Below are positions 1-13,643 of a stretch of DNA of 64,000 nt, piece after piece. The translations under genes were made by a program, and so were the position numbers. The first letter of the stretch is position 1, and every line of letters begins with the position of its first letter. Origin of the DNA: Glycera tridactyla (lineage: Eukaryota); assembly GCA_965644265.1 (NCBI GenBank), contig OZ286468.1, forward strand, positions 70,928,001-70,992,000, in the 5' to 3' direction. The notes beneath the pieces were generated by a model. The model worked only from the letters and a program-made list of their open reading frames with translations. It did not search any database and was not told the origin of the DNA.

Positions 1-115
1 GGTTACACTATATCCTCTCTTTCTTTCACTTGTTGAGGTTCTGTCATAATCCAATACCTTGTTGATTTCTGAATGTATCTTACTGACATTTTGTTCTTCC
101 TGTGTTTGTTCACAG

Positions 116-221
116 CACAATGCCGCAACATGCTAGGAATGCAGTCGTATGAAATACCAGATAGCGCCATCACAGCAAGTTCATCCTATGACATGGAGAG
201 TGTGGGTCCTTCTAATGCAAG
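116..221 (+). CDS. DDR: DDR exon A: start of discoidin (DS) domain, (A)QCRNMLGMQSYEIPDSAITASSSYDMESVGPSNA(R)
   Basis: Polypyrimidine tract plus cacAG acceptor at 114-115 and GTAAGG donor at 222. The translation matches the DDR N-terminal C-x-x-x-LGM-x-x-x-x-IPD-x-x-I-x-ASS motif. Phase 1 in, phase 2 out, which joins exon B in frame. Confidence 0.93.
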
Positions 222-699
222 GTAAGGCCCATTCGCCTATTGATTGATTGATTGATCTGATAAGATAATTGTATTTTCAAGTTCATTGGCCCGACATATT
301 TGGCACCATTCATATGAATCGTGTCACTCCAAAAGAAGCATCACTTAATACTGATGGGCTCCTGCGGCAGGTAGATTTTCTGGGTTGAATGGTAGACTTA
401 CATTGCACACCTAATCCACATATTATGTTGCTTGATTTTTCTCCAACCGATGATTTTGAGAAATTTCCCAGTGAAAAAGATTAGCTGCATACATCAGTGG
501 GAGATTTGACTATGTCATCTACCATTTGGCTGAAGGAAAAAGCTAGCCAATTTGGCTAATGAGAATGAGATTCTCAGTCCTGGCTCAGTGTGGACATTGC
601 TGGATGGAAGTCTTGCTGGATGACAGAGCCTGGTGTGTTCTAAACTTGGCCCCAGGATAAAGCCGAAGGTCTGTTTACTGTTAGCAGAGAAAGACGTAG

Positions 700-3600
700 C
701 TAATTGTGTTCGAAGCTGACAAGACTGCAAATGGAAGAGACTGGTTACCTGTCATGTCAGCCGGGATGGGGAACCAGTCAATGCCACACTCAATCTAGAC
801 GGGACTCCCATTAGCAAAGGTTCAGTTACGAATTCTAGCCACCGAATCTGTTTGAGAGTTCGAAGGATCAGAAGTCTTCACTTTCAAATTCATCTCAGAT
901 ATCTCTTTTATCAGCAATATCTTTTTCCACCAGCTCTGTTTCACCTTTTTCATGGAAGAATTGAGTCCCACCTGAGGAATCGGTGATGATTATAACCTGG
1001 GGTTTCGGTGTGCTTGTGTGTACAATGCTTTACAGAGTTTGTAAACTGAGCAGCATAGAACAAAGCCCTTGTTCCTTTGTATGAATGGCCCTTGAGCATT
1101 ATTGTTCCTAATATTATGAGCCGATCTAAGTTTACCAACTCAGACATCAGACCCAATGACCTAATGCACCTGGAGTCAAACCTTTGTCAGGAGAGTTGTC
1201 CCTAGTGGTACCTGAGCTAGAAATATAATGGGTCATATGTCAGAACAAAGGGTCATCTCCTATTTATTCTTGATTGAGATGGAGAAGAATTGGACCTGTT
1301 GACCCATAGAAAGAGATAGTTTCGCCAAAAATGCAAAAAATGGGGACTGAGAGCCGAGCCCCAGCAATAATCTGACACTCTCAAACCATAGTATCAAATT
1401 AATCTCCAATTGACAATCATCATATTGTGCAGTTCAATAGTCATGCCATGATTTGTATCGTTTTGATTATCTTGTAATCATGTGATTATCATTTCTTATG
1501 CTATGTCTTCCCCTCATACCTGTTGTATGGGGTTGGAGGGAAGAGGTACATTTCAGTAGGATCCCCAGGAACCAGGGCAGGTGCTGCTTGAGTCATACAC
1601 CCATGTCAAAATCACAACTATAATCATGTAGTACATCTAGACTTAACACAAATGAGCCGAAGATTCGTACAGGTGCATATATTCCTCAAATTCTGCCCAA
1701 AGTGCATTTGAGGGCATGATGCACTTCTTGCTTGACTCTATTGAGAGATAGCCCCTGATCAATGAGCATTTCACTGAGTAGATTCATCAACCAAGTTGTA
1801 TGAGATACGGATTTTATTTTGATAATTTGGGTATGGTATTCTTCTTTCATCTCACAGCTCTTGAGTTGGGTATATTGGATTGAGATGTTCATGGTGATGA
1901 TCAATATTCAATGTGGGTTTGATGTAGTTCCTTCACTTCTCTCAAGTCATTATAGAATTGATATAAAGAGCCTTTCACCATCTGATTACATTCCATATAG
2001 GGAGTAGGATCAGTGAGTTCACTAAAGCTTGGGAGTGAGAATGTCTGAGGTAATGTCAGCGTATGGTGGTCTTCCAAACTCATATATGATACATAAAAGA
2101 TTGTGTATGACTGAATTTTTTCTGCTTGAAGATTGCCAGGTATGGAAATTAGAAATATGCCTAGTAATGAGAGAAAATGTAGGTTGGTCTGAAAAGAGGC
2201 CTGGAGTATTTCATCATCACCTGATGACGTGACCTAATTTCCATGGCTTCCTCTCGACTAATGAGCAGTGGAACATCTTCCGTGGAGTAGATAAGCAACT
2301 GCAATTTCTTGACAGGACCTCCGAGACTCACCTCGTCTTATAATCATTTTACTCTGATCAAATTTTAAGCGGTGGGCTGCATTTGTAAGCCACTCATTGA
2401 TTTCCCAGTTGTCATCCGTCATTCACTGCTTAACAGGCAGCTGACAATTAATCATGACAAATTGAAGGAACAGGCATAGAGAAAAATCAAACAGCCTTCT
2501 AATTTCAGAAGATTCCCCTGATGTTCCTTTTTGCCATGTTATTGCTTCCACCAACCTGATACATCTTTCTGAAGGCCTGGTGATGGCTAACGTGGTGCCA
2601 GGATCAGTGATCTATTTCACCTGATGCATAAGGCACTAAAGCCGAACCCTGCTAGAGAATTTCAGGTTCGTCATTATGGCATGACAACAAATTCTGTGAA
2701 TCCTATTAATAGAAAGATGATCTTGGACAACTTGAAACATAGTCATGATCATAAGATTCGGTCACTCCTTAGATCAGTTCAAAATCACTCATTGATAGTT
2801 TATTCATCTTTCACTGATGACCAATTTCTTTGGTATGATTTGTTTTGTGAGATTCTGCACCCAAACAGGAAAAAAAGAGGAAGTGATCTCAGCCATAAAG
2901 CAGTTGGTTCAGTTCCAGTCCATTTTGGGAGATGTTGGATTGGAAATGTTTCTAGACTCATTTTTGTAATGGTATAGGAATATGGTTAGGTTAAGGGACT
3001 TTATGGACCTTACCGAAGCTCTTCTGTGAGTAAGGTATAAACACCTCAATAGATAGAAAGTTTCTCTCCAAAGGCAGGATGATGAACTCCTGATCGAATC
3101 AGTCAAGTAACCACATCTAAAATAGCTGTCAATCGCTGCCTCAATTGATGGCATAATAGCAGCAGTAGGCAGCAACGTGCCGGTCCTTCCGCCGTTTTAC
3201 CTCGTCTCTATACGCGCGGGAAATTGCCGCCTCCAAAGATTGATGAATGAATGCCTTCGTACAAGATGTCTCGACTGCTTCTCTCTTCGAAGAACGGATA
3301 TTGGATTTTGACACAACCTTCCTCTTCATGCTGTTTATCAATAATTTGTGCTGACAAATTTTTGGCAGTGATGCTCTTGCCAAAGAGCATTGTCCGTGTT
3401 GAAAAAAAATCATGTAGCTGTACTTCCACCCCTCTCAAACATGTCACCAATATGTGAATGAATCATGACAACTTCAACAGAATTTTCAGGTTGTCTTTCA
3501 ATCTGTACTTTAGGCTATTTCATCCTCTCAATCTTCAAATATGGCAGCAACGATGATGACGCCAACTTCTGCGCCATATATCTCAATCCTAGTCTGGAGT

Positions 3601-6600
3601 CAGAAATTTTTTAAATGATGGACCTGCATTTTGATGATTGGTTAATTGGTTTGGTTTTTAGGTTTTTATTTCCTGATTGTTCATGTATAACATATATTCA
3701 GAGTTTACTCTGAGGGGAAGAAGTAGGATAAAATTTCCAGGTGAATGCAACTCGAAACAAAGAATCTAGAACATTCTCAATTCATTGAAATTGCCGTTAA
3801 CCACATTATTTGATTAAGCTATTCGGATTATGCCATACTTCAATCTATTGTGAGTATGGCTTCCTTAAAAGTGCGGAAAGATTTGGAAGGACCATGACGT
3901 TGAGAATGTACAGAGAAGGGAACAAGTAAGATATTTGTCAGCAAAATCTTCATCAGTTGTGACCGCAGCACCAAGTTGGAATTTTTGTGGGAAACATGTG
4001 AGAATAGCAGGAATTTTCACCCATACGGATCAATTGGTAGTCTATAAAGATTTGCACCTTGGACTTTGTGACCGGTTGGTTGTGTGGCTTCATGCAAAGA
4101 TCCATGGCACCTTGTTTCTGTTCTTGACTTGGTGTAGTAACATAGGGACTGCGTGATGAAGGTTGATGGGGCTATCTTTGGCAGGAAAAGCTAAAACCTT
4201 CAACTTTGCTGGTCTCCATTGTTGTCCTTGGTGATGTAAGGGGCATATTTTTCTTTTGACTGGTTTCCTGTTTTCCTGCAGTTAAGCCATGGCCTTTTGA
4301 CGTGTGTGACTTTTATAGTGACTGGTGAAGTTGTTGACATGGAAAAGGCATAAAGGTGACTCATGTCAGGTCAGAGCCGATGATTTATGCACGTGGGCTG
4401 TGATGGAAATGGCCGCCATCCAGATTTGGGAGCTGCTCTATGTGCTGCCACACGTCAGTGACCTATAACACACTCTACTCTCTCACATTCTATCAATCCT
4501 CTTCTCTCTTGTATGGTGCTAAGATCACCACATTCTGATTCATGGCTTGTTTTAAATATGATGAATGGAATTGTTTATGTCAGTTCCTTCCAAGGCAGCC
4601 CCAAATAGGGAATATAACCAGAAAATTTCAATAATATCCGGCGTCCAATCCGGCATTCACTACATTGAGACCCAAGAAGAAAAGCACCTTGAATTCCTTC
4701 AAGTTTGTTCCACCAGAACAGGTTCTCGCTGATTGCATTAATGTATGCAACTGAATGTTGAAAAATATGTTCAGGAAAAATATTCTTGGTGATTGCTTTC
4801 TATTGGCCATCACAGGTGCCTCTGTAGATGGCATCCAATTAAGGCACAAATTTCGAATCCTTCCATCCTCTCCCATTTCTGAGATTCGGTCCTATTCAGG
4901 GGGTTTGGGCCCCCTGAGACTAATCATGTACTACATGATACCAATCATGTGATTGATTCTCCAAGATGAGATATTTCACAAAACATGTATCACCTAGCGA
5001 AGACACAAGGGTTGAAAGGATTGTGAAGTCAGGACCCAACTACATGTACTTTACTCCCGCTACAAGTTTGGATGTCATTGCAGGTTAGGATATCCGATTT
5101 TTACTCTGGCTCATCTATTTCATTTGATGTAGGTGGAGGTATACCATCACTAATTCCACTTACCCAACCATGTTTGCTCCCCATGAACATGCGTCAGGAA
5201 TCTGTGAGAAGAATCCTTTTGGGGGACAACATCCAATTCTTGAACACACAGCAAACATACATAGCGAAGAACTTGTTCACGATCTCGTTTCGGATATACC
5301 CGTGGGTTGATAGATGCCAATAAACTCTGATCAATCAATAAATCAATCAACCAACTATACATATCATCCCTACCCTTATCACTGCTGTGACCTGTGCCAG
5401 GTTATGTCACTGACCATCCCGTTAGTCTTGCTACATGCTTCATTACATGTTATGTCCACATGTAATGATGGATACCTGCTCACGTGATCTCACTTATCAG
5501 CAGTTGAACCGAGGCATATGAGGCATATGCCGTAAGCAGCTGTGACACTTTTATGAGGAGAGCAGAATGGCAAACAGTGTGCTTTCTGTTGTCCACTTGT
5601 GGGCAATGTCATTCCGAATTGTGGCTTCATATATTCGCTTTTCACTGCCTTGATCACTTGTTGAGTCACTAATTAAAATCACCAGACACAATAATCTGTC
5701 TCTGGACAACACCCGCCTCACATTCCCCAAACTAAGATAAATCTGCAGTAATGTCAGCTGCACAATATGATTGGTCAATTTGATGGTACGCAAGCAGGTG
5801 AATAACAGCGTCATAGATCACGGATGAGCCACACGCCATCGAGAGTGAACACACGTTATGGCGCAATGGACAGCAGCATGATGAACTTTATGCTGATTAA
5901 AGCTCTACATGCTGACAGGGGTTGATGAGTAACCCTGAACATCCAGGCTCAGTCTGCCATCAATGGAGGAAGTAGCAGTCTTTCTAGTCATCCCCTTTTC
6001 TATCTGTCACTGTTCATTCATTACTAAAGTCTGAATTCGATCTCTTACTCATCCACTCAGTAATGTGGTACTGAGTCTTCTCGATGTCAAATGCTATGCA
6101 AAATGACAAACTGTGGTCTCACAAGACAAATGTACCCATCTTATATTGACCATAGCAAAAATTGTCTCTTGGACATATCTACATGCTTGAACAGGTCGGG
6201 AGTTGACTATTCACAAATCACTTGATTGATATATGGAAAGTTGGTGATGAGAAGAATGTTATGATACACTATCTATGACCAAGCAAACCAATCGAATTGG
6301 TCAAGTGAAAATAAGCCTGGATTGACGGTCTGATGACGTTTCTCTCTGACTCCTCAGCTGTGCTTGGCATCGGTAGGCCAACCAAATCTGGTGTTTCCGT
6401 GAATAGGCTAACCAAATTTGGCCATTCTGGGCCACTTTCAGGAACACTTTGAGCCGGAGCTACTGTTTGGTACCTGAAAATATGGCCTACTCTGATGTTA
6501 GAACCCATCCCAAGACAGTGAAATTGTCCTAACCTTCACACCTCCTACATAAGTGGCAAATTTGGGTCCGGTAACGATGTTACCAATGGACTGGCGGTGG

Positions 6601-7200
6601 CCATTATTGTATTTCTTGCCTTCCGTTCCAGTAAAGGAGTCCATCAGGTGATGCAATACACCGGTAATTCTATGTTGTCTGGGTGATGGAGATGTGGGGC
6701 ATCGTTGTTGCATCATAACGACATTGTGTTGTATGTAATAATTTTTGGATTTCATTTATATTCTCGAGAATGTTTAAATCTACAAATGTGATGGTTGCCA
6801 TTGAAGTATGATTGATATATCATAATACTAAATGTGCCCTAAAATTTGATTGCATTCTATCATCTTGTCACTATGAGTATCCCAGACTGATTGGAAACGT
6901 AAAAAGTTTCTTCTGTTGCTGTGTGATGGGATACAATAAGTAGAGAGTTGCAGACATGGCTGGCGTAGTGAATCAGAAGAGTAAGGGTACCAGTCCTAAT
7001 CCAATAGACAGGTTTCGTGACACCGACATCCCCGACAAACGTCAATTTATACCGGATAGATCAGCCGGAAAAGCAAAGATAATGAATAATTTGCTTGCAA
7101 TTGTTATTAATAATCAGCTGTTGATGAAACACGCAAGGATGGCATGCCACTTGGCACCTCAGGAGAGGTGTTGACCACTCACCAAATCACGGGACGCCAC
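700..7200 (-). mobile_element. Heavily decayed coding-like sequence, probably remnants of one or more DNA transposons (unclassified)
   Basis: Several interrupted protein-like minus-strand reading stretches, including an ASPDGLL nuclease-like motif near 6640. No TIR or TSD was found and the boundaries are approximate. Confidence 0.3.
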
Positions 7201-7610
7201 GTGCCCACGCCACGTGACCACTGCCGCATGCGCCCCTCACCTTGCATGCTTCATTATGTTCACTTGCTGGCTCACAAACTCTTTCTTCATCAATTTAATT
7301 CCCAGAAGTTTGAGAAATCCTAGTTGTTCCTCATCCAGCCTCATTCAACCAGATCTCCACATGCATGGCTGATGACGAAGTAACTATGGGAAATTATCTC
7401 TATACAGTGAACACGTATTTTTTCTTCAAATCGGCTTGTTGAAACTCCATGACATTTTCCTGACCCAACTTGTCCATCTTAGACCTATATTCATGGCTTT
7501 TGACAGTACTCCAGAAACAAAATCTTACGAGGTGAGGAAGGCTCGTATTTGAACAGGCCTGCCAGGGAGCACAATTGGTGAGGATACGAGACTGTAAATC
7601 ACCACTCCAC

Positions 7611-7751
7611 NNNNNNNNNNNNNNNNNNNNNNNNNNNNNNNNNNNNNNNNNNNNNNNNNNNNNNNNNNNNNNNNNNNNNNNNNNNNNNNNNNNNNNNNNN
7701 NNNNNNNNNNNNNNNNNNNNNNNNNNNNNNNNNNNNNNNNNNNNNNNNNNN
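7611..7751. other. Assembly gap (N run)
   Basis: Run of N. Confidence 1.
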
Positions 7752-7953
7752 GGTGGGGGTGTGATTGTGGGTGTGTGTACTCTGATTATCAGCTTACAGT
7801 TTTTACCAGTAATGTATTCCTGTACTTGCTGACAAACAGAACACTCAGCATTTCCAGAAATGCCCATCCATCAAATCACCTGTGGTTGCTCATCAGATCT
7901 TCACCAGTCAAATCATTCTTCACTTGTGCGCCATTGTCATGGCTTCTGTTCTG

Positions 7954-8015
7954 CACCACCACCACCACCACCACCACCACCACCACCACCACCACCACCA
8001 CCACCACCACCACCA
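7954..8015. repeat. (CAC)n microsatellite, about 20 units
   Basis: Read directly from the sequence. It explains the poly-Thr and poly-Pro ORFs in the track. Confidence 0.97.
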
Positions 8016-8296
8016 TCATCACCTGAAATCCTTCTGAAAATACCTGTCTTTTGGAAGGAATGTCGGCTGGGGTCGTCTGATCATTTAGACATTTAGTTCA
8101 TTACTCTTGATGCATTTGTTCTGAACAATGATTTGTTAAGATTGAATCGTGAGATGCATTCTTGTGCCTTTCAGGTTATCATTGAAAGATTGATGGTAAC
8201 TCTCTCCTTTCCTATCTTGTCAGATGTAATTGAATATTTCATCATGTGCTTCAGACATGCTGTTTTGGTTTTGCAATCAAGATTTGTTAAGACAGT

Positions 8297-8638
8297 CAGT
8301 GTTCGACAAAACCCACGCCCTATCGTCCCGGACGAGTGCATGTACCCTGTCAGGCGAGTTCCTATCTTTACAGCTTGTCCTACGGGCAAGCATGTAAACA
8401 AGGTGTATTTAGGGTGAGCTGGCAGGTGGGGACCATTTCATGACTCTAGCAAACTAAATTGGACTATAATGTGGTGGAGAGAGCACAATACATGTGATAA
8501 ATTAGAGCTCAAACTAAATGTTCAGTTTGTAATCTTTCACCCCTGATATCCGGCTAGTGCATGTGAGATTCCGGCAAGTACCTCTTGGGTCTACTTGCCC
8601 TTTGGGCAAGTACCCATTCTCACTTTCGTCGACCACAG
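8297..8638. mobile_element. Old hAT-like MITE with GGGCAAGT subterminal repeats
   Basis: Imperfect TIR CAGTGTTCGACAAAA vs CTGTGGTCGACGAAA (12/15), with GGCAAG/CTTGCC motifs near both ends. No TSD is retained. Confidence 0.42.
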
Positions 8639-11600
8639 TTTGGCAATAATTTTAGACCTAGACATTATCTGTATCAGATCACCGCATCCTTTGTTGGAAG
8701 CTCAAGTGATTTCTGCAACTGTATCCAGCCCATGAGTAAAATGAAAATCCCCTTCTATTGAATTCATCATCAGTTATTCAGTATCTCATTTCCCATTTTT
8801 CAACCAGAATATTTCGGTTTCTGTGCCATCAGATTATGAAAGAACATGTAATTGAAATGCTGATTGAATGGGGTCGTAAGGGACATGAAAATGATCAAAT
8901 GTACGAAAAGTAGGCATAAATCTCATGAAAATATGAATAATCATTTATATTATGACAGAAATCTACCATATCTGAACATTTAGATGATTTCAATTGGTTT
9001 GAATAGGAAAGTCCATGACAAAACTACGATTAATCATGTGACAGTACTCTCGCGAAGATCCTGAATTAATCTCTTAATTATGGCCTGCATTGTGTTCATG
9101 TGGAGAGAAAAATCTGCATTCACACATCACGGACAATCAGCATTCTTTCTCATACGACAATTGCCAATCAAACCAGGATAAGCTCATTATCACAATTACC
9201 TCCTCTGGCAGATTCTCTTCTGAAGTGGTTCTGTGTGAGAGGTCAGATTCATGGAGGGTGTTTGGAGGTCAACTGGATCATGAAATGACCTCTAGTGGAC
9301 CTTCTGTTTTCATTGTTTGCAAAAAAGTAGTTCACTAATTAAGGATTAACTCAATAATTGTACAATCTAGGTTCAGTCTTCAGTGTTCCTTGGGGAAAAA
9401 AGTCTTATAGTTGTACACTTTAAAGTCACTGGATGGCTAAATTGCATGTCAGACTATAGCTTTTTTTTCCAGCTTGGGTGATTTTGTGGACTAGTCAATG
9501 GGGCTGGCAGTTAGTGGCAAAATCTAGGACAGGCGTTGAAACAATATTTGTTTTCCTTGGTTACATATAGTAGGTTTTTTTTCTCATCAGAATATGAATA
9601 TTGTTGGCATAGATATCACTACTTGTCCACATGTAATGCACTTTTGTGCCATTTGGCAGCCAGAATATTATGTAGGGATGAGGATAATGAGTGAGACCCA
9701 AATGAGTAGAATTCTATTCTCACATACAGAGTTTTCCCGTGTCTTAGATAGATTTATCCCATATATGCTGTTGCACCTGAAAAGGTACATAAAGCGTGTT
9801 TCTAGATGACACACAACAACAAGAATGATTTGTACTTTACAATGTTCATGAAAGCAAATAAAGTAACATTGCATTCCTATGAAGCACCATATACATGTAC
9901 CTGGTTTTGACAATATTTTCATGAAATATCAGAGTGTATGCTAATATATATTGGAAGGGGAACCCATACAGGAAAGGATATTTCATGGTACAAAACAAGC
10001 CTTCTTGAATATCATCATATCTGTCACTTTAAGAAACATGTTCATTTCCATTCTTTCTTTCCCATATAATCCTTTCCAGATCAAAGTCATTTTGTTGGAC
10101 ATAGCACACAACTTCTGCATTATGAAGTGGAGACCTTCAGACAGGGGAACAAGAGACTATTTTTCATTCAGTTCCATTCTGATCCAGGCATATGAAAACT
10201 TTGAAGTGTCGTGTGATTTTTGTTCCAATGTGGCACAAGGGAGGGTAGATTTCTTGAAGATCCCCTGAAGAAACTGTGCCTAATCATGATAAATGGTTAG
10301 AGTTCGTGCAGAAACGGGCTGTCATGAAACGTGTAACATGATATAATAATATGCTTATAATTGCATGCCTCAGGGTTGAAATCAATTAAACATGTTTTAT
10401 TGTAGCCACCTAACTGAATCGCCCTCACCAACTTTGCTAATGACTCACATCCATTTCTCTCACTTTCCAGAAACTGTAAAAAGAAATTGATCATTGATAG
10501 AAATCGCTCTTTTCGTTCTGTATTATGAGCAACCAGGTTGTAAAATGAAATCAAAACCATTTCAGCTTTATTGCTATGGTGTTGATAATGATTGAGGCCC
10601 ACAGGCCTAGTTTTATTTGATGGCCTTCTGTCATTTGCACACATCTGGTTCTATGGCTAATTGCATAATCTGCTTCTGACATTTCATAGCCAGAAATAAC
10701 TGTAATTGTGCACAGGTAATTGGCGGAGAATGTTCTTTTAATGAACCTTCATTCGAGAGTAGTGTCAATTTGAGAGGTTGGAATTATTTGAGATCTTGCT
10801 GGATGTTTTTGTTCCTATCAGTGTGAATGAGCACAATTTTGCTTCCGGCTATACTCCACAATATTGACATGATCCTGTCCCTATTCTACTCTACCAGGTC
10901 CACATAGGCTCCTCCGTTTGAGAGAAGAATTTAGCTACCGTTGTTGCATCCACCAGCTTGATCATTCAAATTGAAACAGTGAAACCTGCAATGAAATCCT
11001 CGGTGGAAAACTGACATCTGCCGAGACCATCATTTCATTACAGTTCCTCCATTAAATTTGGTCAAATACCCCATCAAATAGGAGCACTTCATTTGTAAAA
11101 CTCGTTCTCTGTGATATCGAGGGTGTCTTCAATCACTTGTTCCATTGTGGATGATTTTATTGATGAGATTCTCGGATAAACCATAGCAACTGATGGTTCA
11201 TTCTGATGATTTTACTGTAATTGGCTGTATTGAAATGTATATTTTCTCAGTTTTGCTTCATCCTAGTTTCTATATCATTTACAGCACTATGTGCCAAGTA
11301 TATTCACATAGTCACCAGTATGAGCAGATGGTGAATACTCAAGTTGGAATATAAGGGTCATCTCCAGGGAACTCTGTGGAAGAATTTTTCATTTGTACTT
11401 CACACAAAGGAATGGTTCAGTTTATTTATCTTCAGTTCCATCTGTGTTATAAATAATCATAGTTGTGTTTATTTCAGTCACATGTAAGGACTGTTGCCAC
11501 ATGTATGGAACATATGTGCATGGCCCTCGACTCATTTGTAACCTTGACCCTTCCCAGCATGCACAGCAGTTTCTGATGGCATCAGCCAATGGCAGGTGCT

Positions 11601-11972
11601 GTTCCATGACCTCTGTGATGCATGCATCAGATTTCATACAAAGCCCTTCATATGGTAGTGCAAGTAGAGAATGGGACCAACCTATGAACAAAGACCAATA
11701 TCCATTCTGATTTATGTTGGATATCTGTAGGATTATGAATCGTCTTCCTTGCATCAATGATGGCCATGATCCACTGATTCTACTTTATCAGCTTTGAAAT
11801 GATTGCCAGCAATTTTGGGATATCCATTCTCTCGCAAATTTCTCTACCACCAGCCCATTGTCATTATCAAGTACATGATGTCCTAAAATGTCTGTTATGG
11901 TGCATTTACTGAAGTTCAATTGTTTGCCTTAGGAGGAGTCCCCAGTCCTACTGTAATCCAAATGAGACTGTT

Positions 11973-12075
11973 CTTTCTTGAAGTGAACAGACTATTGAAG
12001 GCTATCAGATGAAAAGGTCATAACTTTCTTGAAGTGAACAGACTATAGAAAGCTATCAGATGACAAGGTCATAAC
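11973..12075. repeat. 51-bp tandem duplication (2 copies)
   Basis: ctttcttgaagtgaacagactattgaaggctatcagatgaaaaggtcataa is repeated with about 4 differences. Confidence 0.92.
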
Positions 12076-12433
12076 CAGGAGGTGTGCAGTTATGAGTCAT
12101 ATATAGATGGTGCCATAAACCGGGAACCTGAGAAATTCCTGGCTGCAGTCAGCCGGCAGATGATGCATTTTGCCTTCCATATGTTGGTCATTAATGAGGA
12201 TCTTTTTAATGGAGGTCTCCCCCCACCCCCATGGCGGATTGAATGTTATCTGCAGTGATGTGTTTTTTACTTGACTAGCTATGAAAGGGAGTTTGAGGTA
12301 GATGATCCCTGACCCCTGGTGAAATGAATAAACGTGTTAGTCTTTTTATCCATCTGTCAGCCTGTCCATTCGCCCGCCCTCCCACCTGTCTCTCTGTCCA
12401 TCCATTTGTCTGTCAGCGCATCTCTATCTGTAT

Positions 12434-12550
12434 CCATCAATCAATCAATCAATCAATCAATCACTCAATCAATCAATCAATCAATCCATCCATCCATCCA
12501 TCCATCCATCCATCCACCATCCATTAATTCATCTATCCATCTATCTATCT
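12434..12550. repeat. Compound (TCAA)n/(TCCA)n/(TCTA)n microsatellite
   Basis: Read directly from the sequence. Confidence 0.95.
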
Positions 12551-13505
12551 TTGGAAAATGATAGTCAAATTCATGTGGCTAACAAACCCTGGTGTGCTGA
12601 AAACTTATTTTATCTGATTGTAGGTCAGGCAGTAATGATCTAGAGCATCTTGAGATGTACCTAATCTTCAGAAAATGCAGAGAATTTGGGGTTTCACTCA
12701 GCAAAAAATGATGAAAAACTTGAAGTTATCTTGAAAACAACTTGATCTCCATACAATTTTAGTGGTTTGAAATCTAGAGAATTATGGGTGGTCTAATAGG
12801 GTGGAACTATTTTTCTTATTGACTACGCCCCTCCCCTGAGTTTACCACATGGTCCGGGGATATTTTTGATACTGATGTTTATGTTACAACTTTGACATCT
12901 TGTATACCAGGACTAATGCCTGGATAGTAGAAAAAACAGTGGAAAATATTGGAGAATTTGGTATATAAACAAAACATTGTTTGATATATGTTGATATGAC
13001 ATTGACTTCAACATTTGTGATTGACAGCATAGTGACTTCCATGTGTCTTTGGAATTCAGTAACAAGCAGGCTCTGACAGAAAAAAGGTCATCACTGGTTA
13101 TTGGAGAATTAAAATACTGTATAAATTGTGTTTATGCACACATTTTCAGGATATGAGCACAGATTTTGATGAGACGTTTGTCGCCATGATAGCACTATGT
13201 AGATGACATCATATAACATCAGTTCCTGTTTTGCAGACAGTGACGCCTATTATTTATTTTCTTGAGCTTCTTCATCAAGAAAAATAATCTTGGATACATA
13301 GCTTTTATATCTTGATTGTTGAATATGGAACTGGCAGGGGATTTTATTCACCAAGATATGCTACAGTTTCCCACCAGTTAACCTCATATTCTCCTCTGAA
13401 TTTCATATTAATTGACATGCATATAATGCAGAATTGGACTACATGAAAAAATAAAGATAAAATGCATATCTCTCACTCTCTCTTCCTCTTGCTCTTGCTC
13501 CCCTT

Positions 13506-13643
13506 NNNNNNNNNNNNNNNNNNNNNNNNNNNNNNNNNNNNNNNNNNNNNNNNNNNNNNNNNNNNNNNNNNNNNNNNNNNNNNNNNNNNNNNNNNNNNNN
13601 NNNNNNNNNNNNNNNNNNNNNNNNNNNNNNNNNNNNNNNNNNN
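13506..13643. other. Assembly gap (N run) inside a CT microsatellite
   Basis: Run of N with CT-rich flanks. Confidence 1.

Noticed and set aside
7400-7867. Long ORFs spanning N runs (also 13408-13734, 21476-21841, 26793-27486, 40847-41547)
   Set aside because: They are artefacts of translating through assembly gaps.
10300-11800. Protein-like interrupted minus-strand frames (for example CQYCGV*PEAK), loosely like KDZ/Zisupton or other transposases
   Set aside because: The similarity is impressionistic and no diagnostic catalytic motif is seen.
13195-13215. YVDDII reverse-transcriptase-like hexapeptide on the + strand
   Set aside because: It is flanked immediately by stops and no other RT motifs are nearby, so it is likely chance.
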